From the NCBI RefSeq assembly GCF_001194135.2, contig NC_068985.1, positions 55,212,449-55,276,448 on the forward strand: a stretch of DNA of 64,000 nucleotides, in the 5' to 3' direction. Shown here in pieces: positions 39,880 through 53,914 of this stretch (positions are counted from its first letter, which is position 1; each line of letters starts with the position of its first letter). Made by a program: the position numbers and the translations under genes. The notes under the pieces are model-generated. The model made no database searches. It saw nothing but the letters and a program-made list of their open reading frames with translations, and was not told where the DNA came from. This DNA is from Octopus bimaculoides (taxonomy: Eukaryota).

Positions 39880-42800
39880 CATGCATGCATGCATACATAT
39901 GCAGTTGTATATAGATGATTGAAGATGGGATGTACACATTTGATGTACTTCTTTATTTGTTTATGTTGTTGACAATGAACCTTTTGTATCTGGTATTCTC
40001 ATAGGTTCTAAGTTGTCCTTTACTGAAATCCTAGTTCTTGTCAGATTAAACCCTTTAGCAATTAAACTGGCCATATTCTGCCCAAATGTTCTTTTTTTTT
40101 TTTAATGTTAAAACTGTCCAGATCCAGAATCTCACACCTACCCTACAATATCATTCTAAAAATACACAGTCACATCAAAGAAATCATGAGGCTACAAGAT
40201 AATGCATGATTAATTCAAAATAATGTGAATAAATAGATATTACATTTATTCAGAGAATCTTGGCTTCTTGGTCTAATCGGATTTTGGTGTACATATAATA
40301 CATTGTATGATTATCTCACATTGTGAGGGTTGCACTTGTTTAGGTGTTTATAGTTTTGTGGAAGTTTTGCTGCATATGTAAAAGAAAATTGTGCATAAAG
40401 ATTATTGTTTAACAAGGAGAGATTAATAGATAAAGTATAATTTTTGCTCTTTGTGACCAGTGATGGTTTCAAGTACAGTTCTGCAAGATAACAAATATTT
40501 GTTTATTTTCTCTTACACCTATACTCCATACATTTGCAGCAATTAAACTGTGACCCACTTCATGATACACATTTACAGCTAAGTGTCCCCTGTTAAACCA
40601 GATAGCATCTGTGTCGGTGATAAGACACGAAACATTAACCCTGCCGAAAGAGAGGAAGTCAATACACTACTAGATCAGTCAATCAATGATAAGAAACTAT
40701 ATTTAGACATGATCAAAACCAGGAAAATAACTTGATTTGCTTTTGTCCCTAGAAAATATTAACAGTTTGCTACCAGGCTAGATTAAGAATCAATAAACAG
40801 AGTGAGTTGTATAATGACACATATTGATTTCTGAAATAAATACAAAGTCATAAATTTTAGAGGAGTATGATCGATGAAACCAAACTAGTATTTGACTGGT
40901 ACTAACATCAATTTGGTGGGATTTAAGTTCACAACATAAAGGGACATAACTAAATATGGCAAAACTTTAGTACTCTATTACATCTTCACTATTTGTGAAG
41001 TGGAACATAGATTAAAAGATTCAAGACTCAAAATGATAAATCTTGATTTATTTGAATAAAAAATTAAAAAAAGTGAGCCATAAGTGGAAAAGTCATCAGA
41101 GTTTTTAAACTATTTATTCATTTGACTGTGACCATGATGGAGCACCACCTTAAAGGGATTTTAGTCAGAGAAATCAATACCAGAATGAATTCTTTGTAAG
41201 CCTAGTACTTATTCTATCGGTCTCTTTTGTTGAACTGCTAAGTTATGGGGACATAAACATATCAACATCAGTAATCAAGCGATGGTGGGGAGACAAACAC
41301 AAACACATATACTCACATAAATATATACACATATAGATATATATACATATATATATATATACATTCGACAGGCTTCTTTCAGTTTCCATCTACCAAACCC
41401 ACTCACAAGGCTTTGTGTGGCTCAAGGCTATAGTAGAAAACACTTGCCCAAGATTGGAAAGCAAGCTTCTTACCATGCAGCCACGCCTGCACCTATCTTC
41501 AGTAAATTAAAATATTTGAGCTATTTCAACACATTGTAGACATTCCTTGATTAAAGTGTTTCGAACTAGGCAACAGATACTCCTTTCTCATATTTCATTA
41601 CAAGGAAAAATTTCCATTAGATGGCCATCATTTTAACTGCAGCCATCAACTGGAATATACCCATGAGTGTGCATGTGTGTATTACCACTGTTTTAATACC
41701 CTCTTTTCCATGCTTGCATGCGTAACATAAAATTTGTTGAGGCAAATCTATGGCCAGATGTCCTTCCTATCACCAACTCTCACCTATTTTTAAGATCATA
41801 TTTCCCCCATAACCAGACAGTTCAAACTTGTGTTGATAATTTAGGTGCATACTTTGATTAACTACACTGCTTTTTGTTAAGATAAAGTAAAATATACTTT
41901 CAGTTCAAAATCAGACATTTCAGTCTTAAAGATCTGATATATTTCATCTTTTATCTTTAACTTGATTCAATCACTGGAAAGCTTTTTAGTTAAATGAATT
42001 CATTCCAGTATTTATTCTACCAGTCTCCTTTGCTGAACCACTAAGTCATGGAAATGGAAACTAACCAGCACCAGCTGTCAAGCAATATGGGGAGACAAAG
42101 AAACACATACATAGATCTATATACATATATAAATTGGGCTTCCTTCAGGTTTCCGCTTATCAAATCCACTCACAAGGCTTTGGTCGACCCAGGGTTAAAG
42201 GAGCTGAGAAGACACTTGCTAAAGGTGCCACTCAGTAAGACTAATCCTGGAACCATGTGATTGGATAACAAACTTCTTACCATACAATTACACCTGCACC
42301 TATGTATGTATGTATGTGTGCATGACGGAGCAAACAAAACTAAATACATGAGTATACAATTCTTTAATTGATTGGTTAAATGAAAAGTTACAAAAGTAAT
42401 TACTGAAGGACCAAGATTTTCATGTAACTTTTGAGCTGATTAATACATAGACACACACATTCATGTATTGAGTTCTATTTCTCCTATCTATTCCAGTGAC
42501 TCTGTCCAGTTATTTGATGAGCTTTATCTACCAACTTTAATACCGTAATCCAGTGTGGAACAATATCCCATATCCTGTGTGTACATGTACACACATACAT
42601 ATATATATATGGCTGCCACATCTTACATGCTTTGGTTTAAAATAGGACATCACAAACTTGGTCTTTCTTCTTCTTCCTCTTCAAATGAATTGTATCAGTA
42701 GCTCATGTATCATATTGATCCTACACAAGAACTACACTGAGGGTAGACAGCTTTAGAATGTTCACCTACTTACACAGTAATTCAGTTGATTGAACAACTG

Positions 42801-44589
42801 AATCCTCACTGTTGAAGCTGACAGAGAATCATTTATATCAAGAAAATCCTTTCATTCTTACAAAATATCAAAACAGCTGTTCTGAAGAACATCTCCCTCT
42901 CACACACATACTCATTTTACCCTCTCTCTCAAATACACCAAATTAAATCAGTCTAAATTAATTTTATGTAAATATCACACCCTAATTACCTTGAACTGAA
43001 ATTTAATCTGTCTCTTTACATTCTGATTTCAAAGTTGATAAAATACCAGTCACATAATGGTTGATGGCATCAACTAACACCCTCCCTTTAAATTTGCTAG
43101 TCAACTGCTTAAATCAAAAACCATTATCTTGGGTTAAAATAGAATTCATGCTCCAAATATCAAGCTAAAAGTCTAGCAAGTTAAAACATAAAAAACAAGA
43201 AACCTGTGAGTCCAACATGTTTATTTCTGTGATCATCAACTGTGGTTACTGTCACGTTATAACAGAGTAGAACACATCTATAAATAATATCTCTAAGACT
43301 GTTAGGAGTTCTATAAAAGCAAGTGCTTAGCCCTGGCTTCACATCAAAATGTAGATAGGAAATAAACCCATTCCTGGATGGCATATCAATCTATTGCAAT
43401 TGACATTCCTAGAAAATCTCAGTACATTGGGATGGTGATGTAAAGTTAAATGTTGAATCCAGTGACAATAAATTTGCCTGCAGTGGATTTGAACTAACTC
43501 TTAGTTGGCAATCCTATGCTTTACCTACTTTGCAACTTCACAACCTGTTTTCTTTTGAATACAAATGCATATCATATATATTTTCAGTACATTATATGTC
43601 AACAAATACAAGGGAGTGTATATGGCAGTGGCATAGCTAGGGTGTGTCATGCCTGGGATATCCCTTGAACATGCCATTCCAACCAGCCCCCAAGGCTCCT
43701 ATACAGGATTATACTGNNNNNNNNNNNNNNNNNNNNNNNNNNNNNNNNNNNNNNNNNNNNNNNNNNNNNNNCCACCAGCAACACTACTGATATATGGCCA
43801 ATACATGAAGAATTAATGTAACTGCTTCAGTATTTCACTTTTGAGTTCAAATATTCTGCTGTGGAGAACATTGTTTTTAACCTCCAAAAACTGATAAAAT
43901 ATGTACTAGTAATACACTAAGTCTATTCAGTCAGTCCCCTCACACAAAGGAAATATTTGTGCCTAATCGTAAGAAATTAATACAACTAATAAAAAATACT
44001 AACAGCAGCACATCACACTCTTGTAAAATTAACATAACACAACCTAGAGTTACAAAGTTTTATGATTTCATTTAAGGCACTGCCATTTCTGAAGAGAAAG
44101 CATTCTTCAGTGAGATGAAGGGAATAATAAACTATTTTTAGAATAGAGCTTTTCAAAGGATCAGCAAAATGAGGGCAGATCCTTTAAATAACTATACAAG
44201 GATAACGGGAGGGGGGCAGCAGGGAGGGGAGAATAGAAACTCTTTCTACCAAACTAACCAACAAGCAATATCAATTAACATTCTAAATAAAGTGGATAAG
44301 TCTGGTGATATTTACCTCAACACTTATGATCACAACCCCTCCCTTTTATGAATAGCTTCGCTTTTCCTTTTCACAATATGGATGACAAGCATTGGGATAT
44401 TCAGGCCATTCATAATGCACAAGCAAAACAACTTTTGTAGTATCAGCTGGACAAGAAAAAAATCAAATAAAAACCCGATAACTCGTCAGTAAAGTGTTTC
44501 TCAGTTCAGTTTTACTTCACAGTTGATAGATTGTTTTATAGATTTGACTTTATATATATATTTACCATGAAGAGTTTTCTCATAGTATT

Positions 44590-46960
44590 AGTGCATCTGG
44601 CATTGAGGTGTATAACTTTGCACTTTTTCAATCTCTCACACAACTCGTTGACTTTCCTACACGCATTCCTGATCATGATGACCAATCTTTCTCCCTTCTT
44701 GATCTCTTTTCTGCATCAAATCCTGATATCTGTAAGGTTTGTCATGATTCTCCACTCAGGGGATCTGATCATGTTGTTTCAGTTGACATTTCACTGAATT
44801 GTTCTGCTGCCAAGGAGTCCCCAATTCATTGTACTCTATTCAGCTATGATCATGGTGACTGGGACAATTTTCATGACTTACTTTGTAATGTTCCTTGGAC
44901 CGATATTTTTGCTAAATCTGTTGAGGCCTGTGCCGGGGAAGTTACTACTTGGATTTCCACTGGTATTAACACTTTCATACCATCTTGCAAATACCAGCTG
45001 AAACCGCATTCCTCACCCTGGTTTTCTCCTGCTTGTGCTGCTGCTATTGCTCATTGTAATCATTTTTTTCCACCAGTTTCAGTGAAATAATTCTGCAGTG
45101 AATAAACAGCTTTTCTACAATGCTTGCAATCACTGTAGGGTTGTCATTCGTGATGCTAAATCAGACTATGAGCAGTACATTCATGATCATATATCATCCC
45201 AGAAAGTAGAATTATTAAAAGTGTTAGAGGTAACACTAAGTCTTCTATTCCTCCTTTATTCAATGAACCTGAGGTCTTGACAACATCTAATGATAAAGCA
45301 GAGCTCTTTGCCCAACTGCTTAGGTCTCACACTATTCTCGATGACTCTGGTCATCCACTTCCTGATGTTTTTCTCAAAACTGATAAACTGTTACACAGTT
45401 GTCATATTACTTCTGCTAAGGTTGCGGCCATTGTGGCATGGTTGGATCCATGTAAAGTAACTGAACCTGGTGGTATTCCAGTCATTGTTCTTCAGAAGTG
45501 CTCTCCTGAGTTGTCTTCTGTCTTATCTAGGCTCTTCCGAAAGTGTATCGCAGAACTTTGTTTTCCTTCTTCATGGAAATTCTCAACTATTGTTCCTGTC
45601 TTTAAGAACTGTGGGGAACAATCTAATCCTCATAATTATAGATCAATTAGTCTCCTACCAATCATCAGTAAGGTGTTTGAGTCCTTGATTAATGACTCTC
45701 TTGTAAAATATATTGACTCAAATCGTTTATTCTCCAGCTCTCAATATGGTTTCCATGCCAGACAGTCTATTGCTGATCTTCTCACTGTTATATCTGAGCG
45801 TGTTTATTGTGTCTTGAATGAATCTGGTCAAGCTAGGGCAGTTGCTCTTGATATCTCTAAGGCATTTGATAGGGTTTGGCATGCTGGACTTTTATGGAAG
45901 CTCCAATCCTTTGGTGTATCAGGTTTCATGCTGAACATTAGCTTTTCTTTCCTTTATGACTGTAGGATCAAGGTGGTTTTTGATGGTCAATCTTCATCTA
46001 GTTATTCTATTAATGCTGAGGTTCAAGAATCTGTCCTGGGCCTAACTCTCTTTCATCTTTTTATCAATAATCTGCCTGATCATATCATCTGTCAGCTAGT
46101 AATCTATGCTGATGATTCTTTGTACATTTCTTTGGACAAATCTGACGACTTGTCTGATAAGGTTGAGATTGCTGCTAACCATGAAAATGATCTTCAATCT
46201 ATTGCTGAATGGGGTAGGAAATGGTTTGTAACATCCAATTCATTGAAAACTAAACTTCTTTCAATCAACAACTTCAGACATCCTTTCTTGCCATCAGTTT
46301 TGATGGATGATATTGACTTACCTGAGCGTCATTCTCATCTCCTGGGAGTGACTTTCTGTAATGATTTTTCTTGGAGGACTTACATTGAATCTATTGCCAA
46401 TTTGGCTGCAATGAAGTTAGTCTCACTCCTTCATTTGAGGAGTTATCTCATTCCTGAGACTATTCTTTATAAGTCCACCATTCACCTCTGCACTGAGTAC
46501 TGTAGGTGCTCCTGTAGATTGGTTAACTCTGTTGGACCACATTCAACGCCATATTTGTAATGCTATTGGTCCTGATCTATCTTCTAAATTGGATTCACTC
46601 TCTCATCATCGTTGTGTGACTTCCTTGTCTCTTTTCTATAAGTATTTCCATGGACATTGTTCAGCTGAGCTCCCTTCTCTGGTTCCTCCTTTAAGAACTT
46701 ATCAGCGGTCAACTAGACTTGCATCCAGTTCTCATCAATATACTGTGCAAGTGTTGTAAAGCACTTTACAGTACCAGTTTCTTCCCTCATACCTCTGAAT
46801 TTTGGAATTCCCTTCCACAGTCTTGTTTTCTTCTTCAATATGACCTCCAGTCTTTTAAGTTTAATGTACATCATCACCTATTGACTTCTGTCTAGCATCC
46901 ATTTTATTCTAGCAGCTCTTACATTTTCAGTGGTCTAAGGACCTTGTAATGAGCGAATGT
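44590..46960 (+). mobile_element. Degenerate CR1/Jockey-superfamily LINE (endonuclease end plus RT)
   Basis: DFPTRIPD...LLDLF...SDH endonuclease C-terminus; NYRSISLLPIISKVFE, QYGF, ALDISKAFDRVWH and YADD RT motifs; multiple stops and frameshifts. Confidence 0.92.
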
Positions 46961-47516
46961 TTTAAATATATATACATAGTTCAAATTTACAGAAAAACAA
47001 GACGAAAACAAGAGTAGGAACAACAAGCAGGTGTATTAGTCTAACGCTTGGGAAAAATAGAAAAGTATTTTATGTTTCGAAAAAAAGGAATAAGAGGGAA
47101 AAAAATGGAGAGAGAAAAAACAGTGTAGAGTTCAGTGGTCCAACACGGCGTATATATATATATTTATCAAGAGAGAGTACGTGTGGTGATGTTGGACTTA
47201 TTTTGCTATACTGAATAGCAAAATAAGTCAAACATCACCACACACACCTCCTTTCCCATATAACTACCATTCCTTCCTCTCTTTCCATTACCTCCCCCTC
47301 CTCCCCACCAAATACACATAGAAATACCCACATAACCAACCATCACACTGGTCAAAAGGGATAAACATCCATTAATGTTATGTTGCCTGAAGAAATGAAT
47401 CCATAACAAAGATCTACCTGATGTTCAAGGATACTACAGACTACACTGTAAACGCCCCAAGAATACAGATTGTGATCTTAAGAGACAAGTGATTTGTAGA
47501 AACGGGTGTAGCAGTG

Positions 47517-48210
47517 TGTAGTGGATTTGATCCTCAATAGCCAAATTTCAATTAACAGTTCGACAGCACTTTTCTCACGGTAAAACAATAGTTTTTCTGT
47601 GAGTGACAGCAATTACATTTGCCAGGTGCCTTCGCTAAGCAGAATAACGTCTTTACCACTTGGCCCTTCTAACCTCTTCTAGGTCACCAAAAGCTAGAAC
47701 AGAGATAACAGACCGCCAGCGAAATCTATTGTTCTCAACATTATGTCCATCTTTCTAATTAGTTTTGGACAGTTTCCCTAAATGCTTTGTTTTGTCCTTG
47801 TGCTGTCACCTCTACGTTAACCATGTATTGGCAAATAAATTAGTGAACGGACAACTAGAGTCATAGTCACAAGCAAGCAGCCGCTAAAGACAAACGGCCA
47901 GAAGGAGAAAGGATACAACTATGAGACAACTTCCCTCGACTTTATAACTTTCACTAACTCACTTTCTTTTCTCTGTAACATTACCATCTCTCTATATATA
48001 TAGTACTATGAGATCGTGTACACACCCCGGCCGAAATTAACTCTTTTTACCTCGCATGCTTTTCCATTTACTAATTATACATACCAGCCCATCGTGGTTT
48101 TGGATATATACAAAGTAACGGTATATAAAAATATCTTTACAACTTCAATCACTGTTCTTTCATCATCCACATCTTACAACATGGCATTGCAATAAAACTT
48201 AACCGTTACA
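47517..48210 (+). mobile_element. Solo-LTR-like repeat, copy 1
   Basis: Starts TGTAGTGG, ends CCGTTACA, with AATAAA at 48191 and flanks AGTG/GGTG. Aligns by eye along its length with 54418-55060. Confidence 0.55.
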
Positions 48211-48419
48211 GGTGCATTAATATAGTTATAAATTTCATCCAAGGATTATTGTTATTATTACTATATTTATACTACATTATATTGGTACCGCTTGATGCAA
48301 CCCCCAAAACTGGTTCACCAGTTGGCATCATTAGACTGTGGCTAGCATAATGGAATAGGAGTTTTATCAAGCATATTCAAATGGTTTCCCATAAGCAAAT
48401 TTAAATTAAAGATTATATA

Positions 48420-49322
48420 TGTAGTGAAACTACCTATCGCCATTAGATACAAAACTGTTATTCATCTCATACGGTTGTCTTTTCTATCGTCTCATTACTG
48501 GCTATTTGTGTTATCGTAGTATAACATATCTTATGTATATCATCTTTGATATAATATTTTGTGTTCGACCGTGTGACGCGTTTAAATAAAAGGAGTCCTC
48601 TGTTTTTTCCATTCGTCACCATTTCTCCTTTTTGAGTTCGCACGGTCGTTCTTACAATTGGTGACCCCGACGTGATTCGTTCATACAGCCCTTCTGATCT
48701 GTACAGCCTGTGATCCTGTTCACACAGTTTCACTCAAAAATGGTGACTAAATGCCAGTAATAGACCAACCGTTCTTTCAGTCTTTTTCACTACATCTTTT
48801 TTTTTATTTCGTCTGTTTGTCTTCGGTAAACCGACTGGTGCAAGGCTAGTGTAGTGAAACTACCTATCGCCATTAGATACAAAACTGTTATTCATCTCAT
48901 ACGGTTGTCTTTTCTATCATCTCATTACTGGCTAATTGTGTTATCATAGTATAACATATCTTATGTATATCATCTTTGATATAATATTTTGTGTTCGACC
49001 GTGTGACGCGTTTAAATAAAAGGAGTCCTCTGTTTTTTCCATTCGTCACCATTTCTCCTTTTTGAGTTCGCACGGTCGTTCTTACAATTGGGCTACCTAT
49101 CGCCATTAGATACAAAACTGTTATTCATCTCATACGGTTGTCTTTTCTATCGTCTCATTACTGGCTATTTGTGTTATTGTAGTAGTATAACATATCTTAT
49201 GTATATCATCTTTGATATAATATTTTGTGTTCGACCGTGTGACGCGTTTAAATAAAAGGAGTCCTCTGTTTTTTCCATTCGTCACCATTTCTCCTTTTTG
49301 AGTTCGCACGGTCGTTCTTACA
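48420..49322 (+). mobile_element. Non-autonomous miniature LTR retrotransposon (TRIM-like, three LTRs)
   Basis: LTR1 48420-48656 and LTR2 48850-49086 are 237 bp, TGTA...TACA, with 3 differences. LTR3 is 49093-49322. PBS TGGTGACCCCGACGTGAT at 48659-48676 is complementary to the tRNA-Trp 3' end. The internal region is 193 bp and non-coding; the element is flanked by ATATA/TATAT. Confidence 0.9.
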
Positions 49323-49586
49323 TATATATATATATATATATGTAAATAACTATTTATAGATAATTTTAAAAAATTTGTGTTCTTTATTTCCCTTTTCTCC
49401 AGATTGACCGAAAAAATTTCAACGGTGCTTAAATGATAAACGTCACTCCAAGAAAATTAGGGAAAAGCCAAAGATAGAATATAACGGCAAGGTTTTACTC
49501 CATTAGTAAAATGAATATTAAAAAAAAAAAGACCCAGAAATAGGTCATTAGTCGCCCAAAATAAACACACAAAATGCGTGTGCGTG

Positions 49587-49617
<31 letters not shown>

Positions 49618-51768
49618 GCATATATATGCATGTACTCCCGCTAGTTTGTTGCTTCGTAACTCCCTGAATAATGGAAATTTTTGAATGAAATTTTCTACAA
49701 ATACGCTTCAGATGGTGAAGATTATTATATCGGAATAAGTACTGGAAAAATTTCCCCGAGAGTGTAAGGCGAAAAGTTTCGGAAAATTCACACGAGACGG
49801 CTTTCTTTACCCATTTCAGAAAAATAAGTAATTTTTTATAATATTTTCTATAAATACATTTCAGAGTGAGTAGAATGCGATTATATCGGAATATTATATG
49901 AAAAAATAAATTTGTTGGGTACGTACACTGACACACGTCACATATATCTACAAAATGAAACTTGAAATTTCGAAAAAAATTGTGATCTGTGTCAGTATGT
50001 ATGCGCACGTGCTCGCTATTTTTCATTTTACATCAAGTTCCGAATTAATCATAATTTACATACTCTGAAAATTATTTGTAAAAAATACATTAAAAAAAAA
50101 ATTTTGTAAGTTATCAAGAAACAAAGATTCGTGTGAATTTTCTGAAACTTCTCTTCCCACTCCCAAAAGAACTCTTTCACAATAAATTGCCATGGAATCA
50201 GAATGTACATCATCTGAGGCCTATCTGTAGAAAATTTCGATTTGTTTGGTATAAAGGCAAAAACATGGACAAATAAATAGATAAATAAACTGATTGAGAA
50301 ATATAATCAAGAAAATAACGTCCCCCGAGATGAAGCACCAAATATGATTGTTACAAACGAGATAATAGCTGATGTTTGTCGTACTATAGCAGTTCCTTCA
50401 ACAGTGACAAGTTGATAAAAATAATCGCAACATAAACAACAAATTCGAGGATTCCATTTTTTTTTTTTTTTTTGTATTTTCGTTAAGTAGGCAGCCACAC
50501 CTGGCCTAAATTAAATCTGGGAAAAAGGTGAAACAGCGCGACGGAATTCGTCATAAATTGCAATGGAGCGACAAAGCCTATATCACATTTTACATCGTCG
50601 CGCGTGCATATATATACAAACAGGTGGAGGTAAAGAATACGTACACCACCGGTTTTCGGCGTAACAAAAACGCTAACCCTAACCAACGGGTGTACGTATT
50701 CTTTACCTTCGCCATGCATGCATACATCTATGTATACATACATACACATAAGCGTATATCGTTTATCTTTTACTTGTTTCACTAATTTGACTGCGGCCAT
50801 GCTGGGAGACAACCATAAGGGGTTAAGTTAACAAATCGATCCCAGTACTCATGCTTTAAGTCTGGTACTTATTCTACCTTTCTCTATTGCTGAGTCGCTA
50901 AGTTATGAGAACGTAAACAAACCATCGCAGGTTGTCAAGCGGTTGGAAAGGGGCAAAGACACACAAATGAATAAAGAATCTATAATTATCCATCCTTTTG
51001 CGTTTTTCTACTATATTCTGACCTTAGACTAAATTTATTCAGTAGTAGAACTTCGGATTTACAAATTGGACAGCAACAGAAAAATAATTTTACCCCTATG
51101 TGATTACAATGGTTTTTCACTGTCAAAATGATCCCTAAAGTCTGCTTATAAAGTAATTTGCCTGGATTATAATCATTTTCCCATTTGTGCGTGTGTGGGG
51201 GGGGGGGCTAAAATAACAAAGGAGTAAGAAATTATGTCATGAACTTCATAAGCTTACGTTTGTTTCTGCAATAAGATGCAATGCACTCATAGCTGAATGT
51301 CTGTGTTTATAAATAAGCCACAGAATAGCTCTGAAAAGGTGTGTCAATGAGGAAAATAGATTTCATTTTCAAAATCTGCATTCCAAAAACAAGGTATTCA
51401 GTTATAATTAATCAAAAAGTTTCATTTGCTACAAGGAATAATTAAACTTTTAGATCAACAAATCTCCCACTCTTTATCTGTCTCCATCAGGCTTTCGCTC
51501 CCCTTTTATACCTTTCCTCTCTCTATATATATATATGTATTTACCACACTCTTTATCACCCTCTGTATATCTCTCATATATGTTGCTCACTCACTCTCTT
51601 GATATGACATGCAATTGTTTTCAGTTAGTTTAAAACTGTCCAGAAATCTATCCTGATCAAGAAGCATTTCCATCACAAGACATTATCTGACATGGAACAA
51701 ATAAAACTGAAATAAAGGTATTCTTTTGTGAAAGTTGCCCTGCAACAAGATACTCAGCTAGTATATAT

Positions 51769-52148
51769 ACTCTTTTACTTGCTTCAGTCATTTGATTGCG
51801 GCCATGCTGGAGCACCGCCTTTAGTCGAACAAATCGACCCCAGGACTTATTCTTTGTAAGCCTAGTACTTATTCTATCGTCTCTTTTGCCGAACCGCTAA
51901 GTTACGGGGACGTAAACACACCAGAATCGGTTGTCAAGCGATGTTGGGGGGACAAACACAGACACGCAAACATATACACATACATATATACACATATATA
52001 CGACAGGCTTCTTTCAGTTTCCGTCTACCAAATCCACTCACAAGGCTTTGGTCGGCGCGAGGCTGTAGTAGAAGACACTTGCCCAAGGTGCCACGCAGTG
52101 GGAATGAACCCGGAACCATGTGGTTGGTAAGCAAGCTACTTACCACAC
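51769..52148 (-). mobile_element. Young, near full-length tRNA-derived SINE (related copies at 18406-18650 +, 18675-19000 -, 29305-29470 +, 32835-33040 -, 33655-33850 +, 41110-41495 -, 41960-42300 -, 50760-50960 -)
   Basis: tRNA-like head (GTGGTAAG...GGTTC.ATTCCCAC), conserved TGGCACCTTGGGCAAGTGTC body and GTAAAAGAG tail; CpGs intact in this copy. Confidence 0.85.
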
Positions 52149-53309
52149 ATACATACACACACACGAAAGTCTCACACACAGTTTCTGTCTACTAAATTGG
52201 CAAAGGAAACCATGGACATGCAGCCTACAAGAAACTCTAAGAATCTTTGAGTAGCAACACCAAATGGCAGTGTTCTATGTGAGCCATAAATATAGCCATC
52301 CGTTGGAGGAAAAATCGTAGTTAGAATTAGTAGTTTTAACTGCTATTTCTAAATGTTCAGTATGTTGGTGAAGCAACTCCTACTGATCCCTATATGTTTA
52401 TAATTATAAATGGTTTACCGATAAAGGTTTTTTGCACACTGAACGACTTGGCAAAATTGTTAATTATTAATTAATTAGCAATTCGCTGCCCTATATCTAT
52501 ATGTATACATATATATANNNNNNNNNNNNNNNNNNNNNNNNNNNNNNNNNNNNNNNNNNNNNNNNNNNNNNNNNNNNNNNNNNNNNNNNNNNNNNNNNNN
52601 NNNNNNNNNNNNNNNNNNNNNNNNNNNNNNNNNNNNNNNNNNNNNNNNNNNNNNNNNNNNNNNNNNNNNNNNNNNNNNNNNNNNNNNNNNNNNNNNNNNN
52701 NNNNNNNNNNNNNNNNNNNNNNNNNNNNNNNNNNNNNNNNNNNNNNNNNNNNNNNNNNNNNNNNNNNNNNNNNNNNNNNNNNNNNNNNNNNNNNNNNNNN
52801 NNNNNNNNNNNNNNNNNNNNNNNNNNNNNNNNNNNNNNNNNNNNNNNNNNNNNNNNNNNNNNNNNNNNNNNNNNNNNNNNNNNNNNNNNNNNNNNNNNNN
52901 NNNNNNNNNNNNNNNNNNNNNNNNNNNNNNNNNNNNNNNNNNNNNNNNNNNNNNNNNNNNNNNNNNNNNNNNNNNNNNNNNNNNNNNNNNNNNNNNNNNN
53001 NNNNNNNNNNNNNNNNNNNNNNNNNNNNNNNNNNNNNNNNNNNNNNNNNNNNNNNNNNNNNNNNNNNNNNNNNNNNNNNNNNNNNNNNNNNNNNNNNNNN
53101 NNNNNNNNNNNNNNNNNNNNNNNNNNNNNNNNNNNNNNNNNNNNNNNNNNNNNNNNNNNNNNNNNNNNNNNNNNNNNNNNNNNNNNNNNNNNNNNNNNNN
53201 NNNNNNNNNNNNNNNNNNNNNNNNNNNNNNNNNNNNNNNNNNNNNNNNNNNNNNATATACATACATACATATATATATATATCTACATACATACATATAT
53301 ATATATATC

Positions 53310-53346
<37 letters not shown>

Positions 53347-53914
53347 ATATACACATATATACATATATATTCGTATATATATATACACATATACATATAT
53401 ATAAACATATATATATACACATATATATATACGTATATATACATACATATGTGTATATATACATATCTGCAGATATACATATATGTACATATACATATGT
53501 ATATCTGTATATATAAAAGGCAGGATGTGTGTGTACATGAATGTAATTTATGCACATCCACAAATTAGCACGCATGTCGCTCCAATTTTAGAGGGACATT
53601 CGTCATGACCCTGGCTGCATTTTCGTCAACTTATTTCCCCCAGAGGCACTAGCTACTAGCAGTAAAAAAATTTTTCAACCAAAACTTTTAACAATTTTCA
53701 AGTTGGAGAAAACCACCACTGTTTACAACAGGAGTTAAGTCCCCTTCTAGCGACAAGCAAGATTTAAAGACTTTTGTTGTTTTTTTCTTCTATCGATGAG
53801 AAAAGTGTTTTGTTGATATACGGGCAACACACACGCACACATACGAACATGCGTGTGTGTGTGTTGCCCATATATCTATGTATATATACATACATATATA
53901 TATACACATATACT

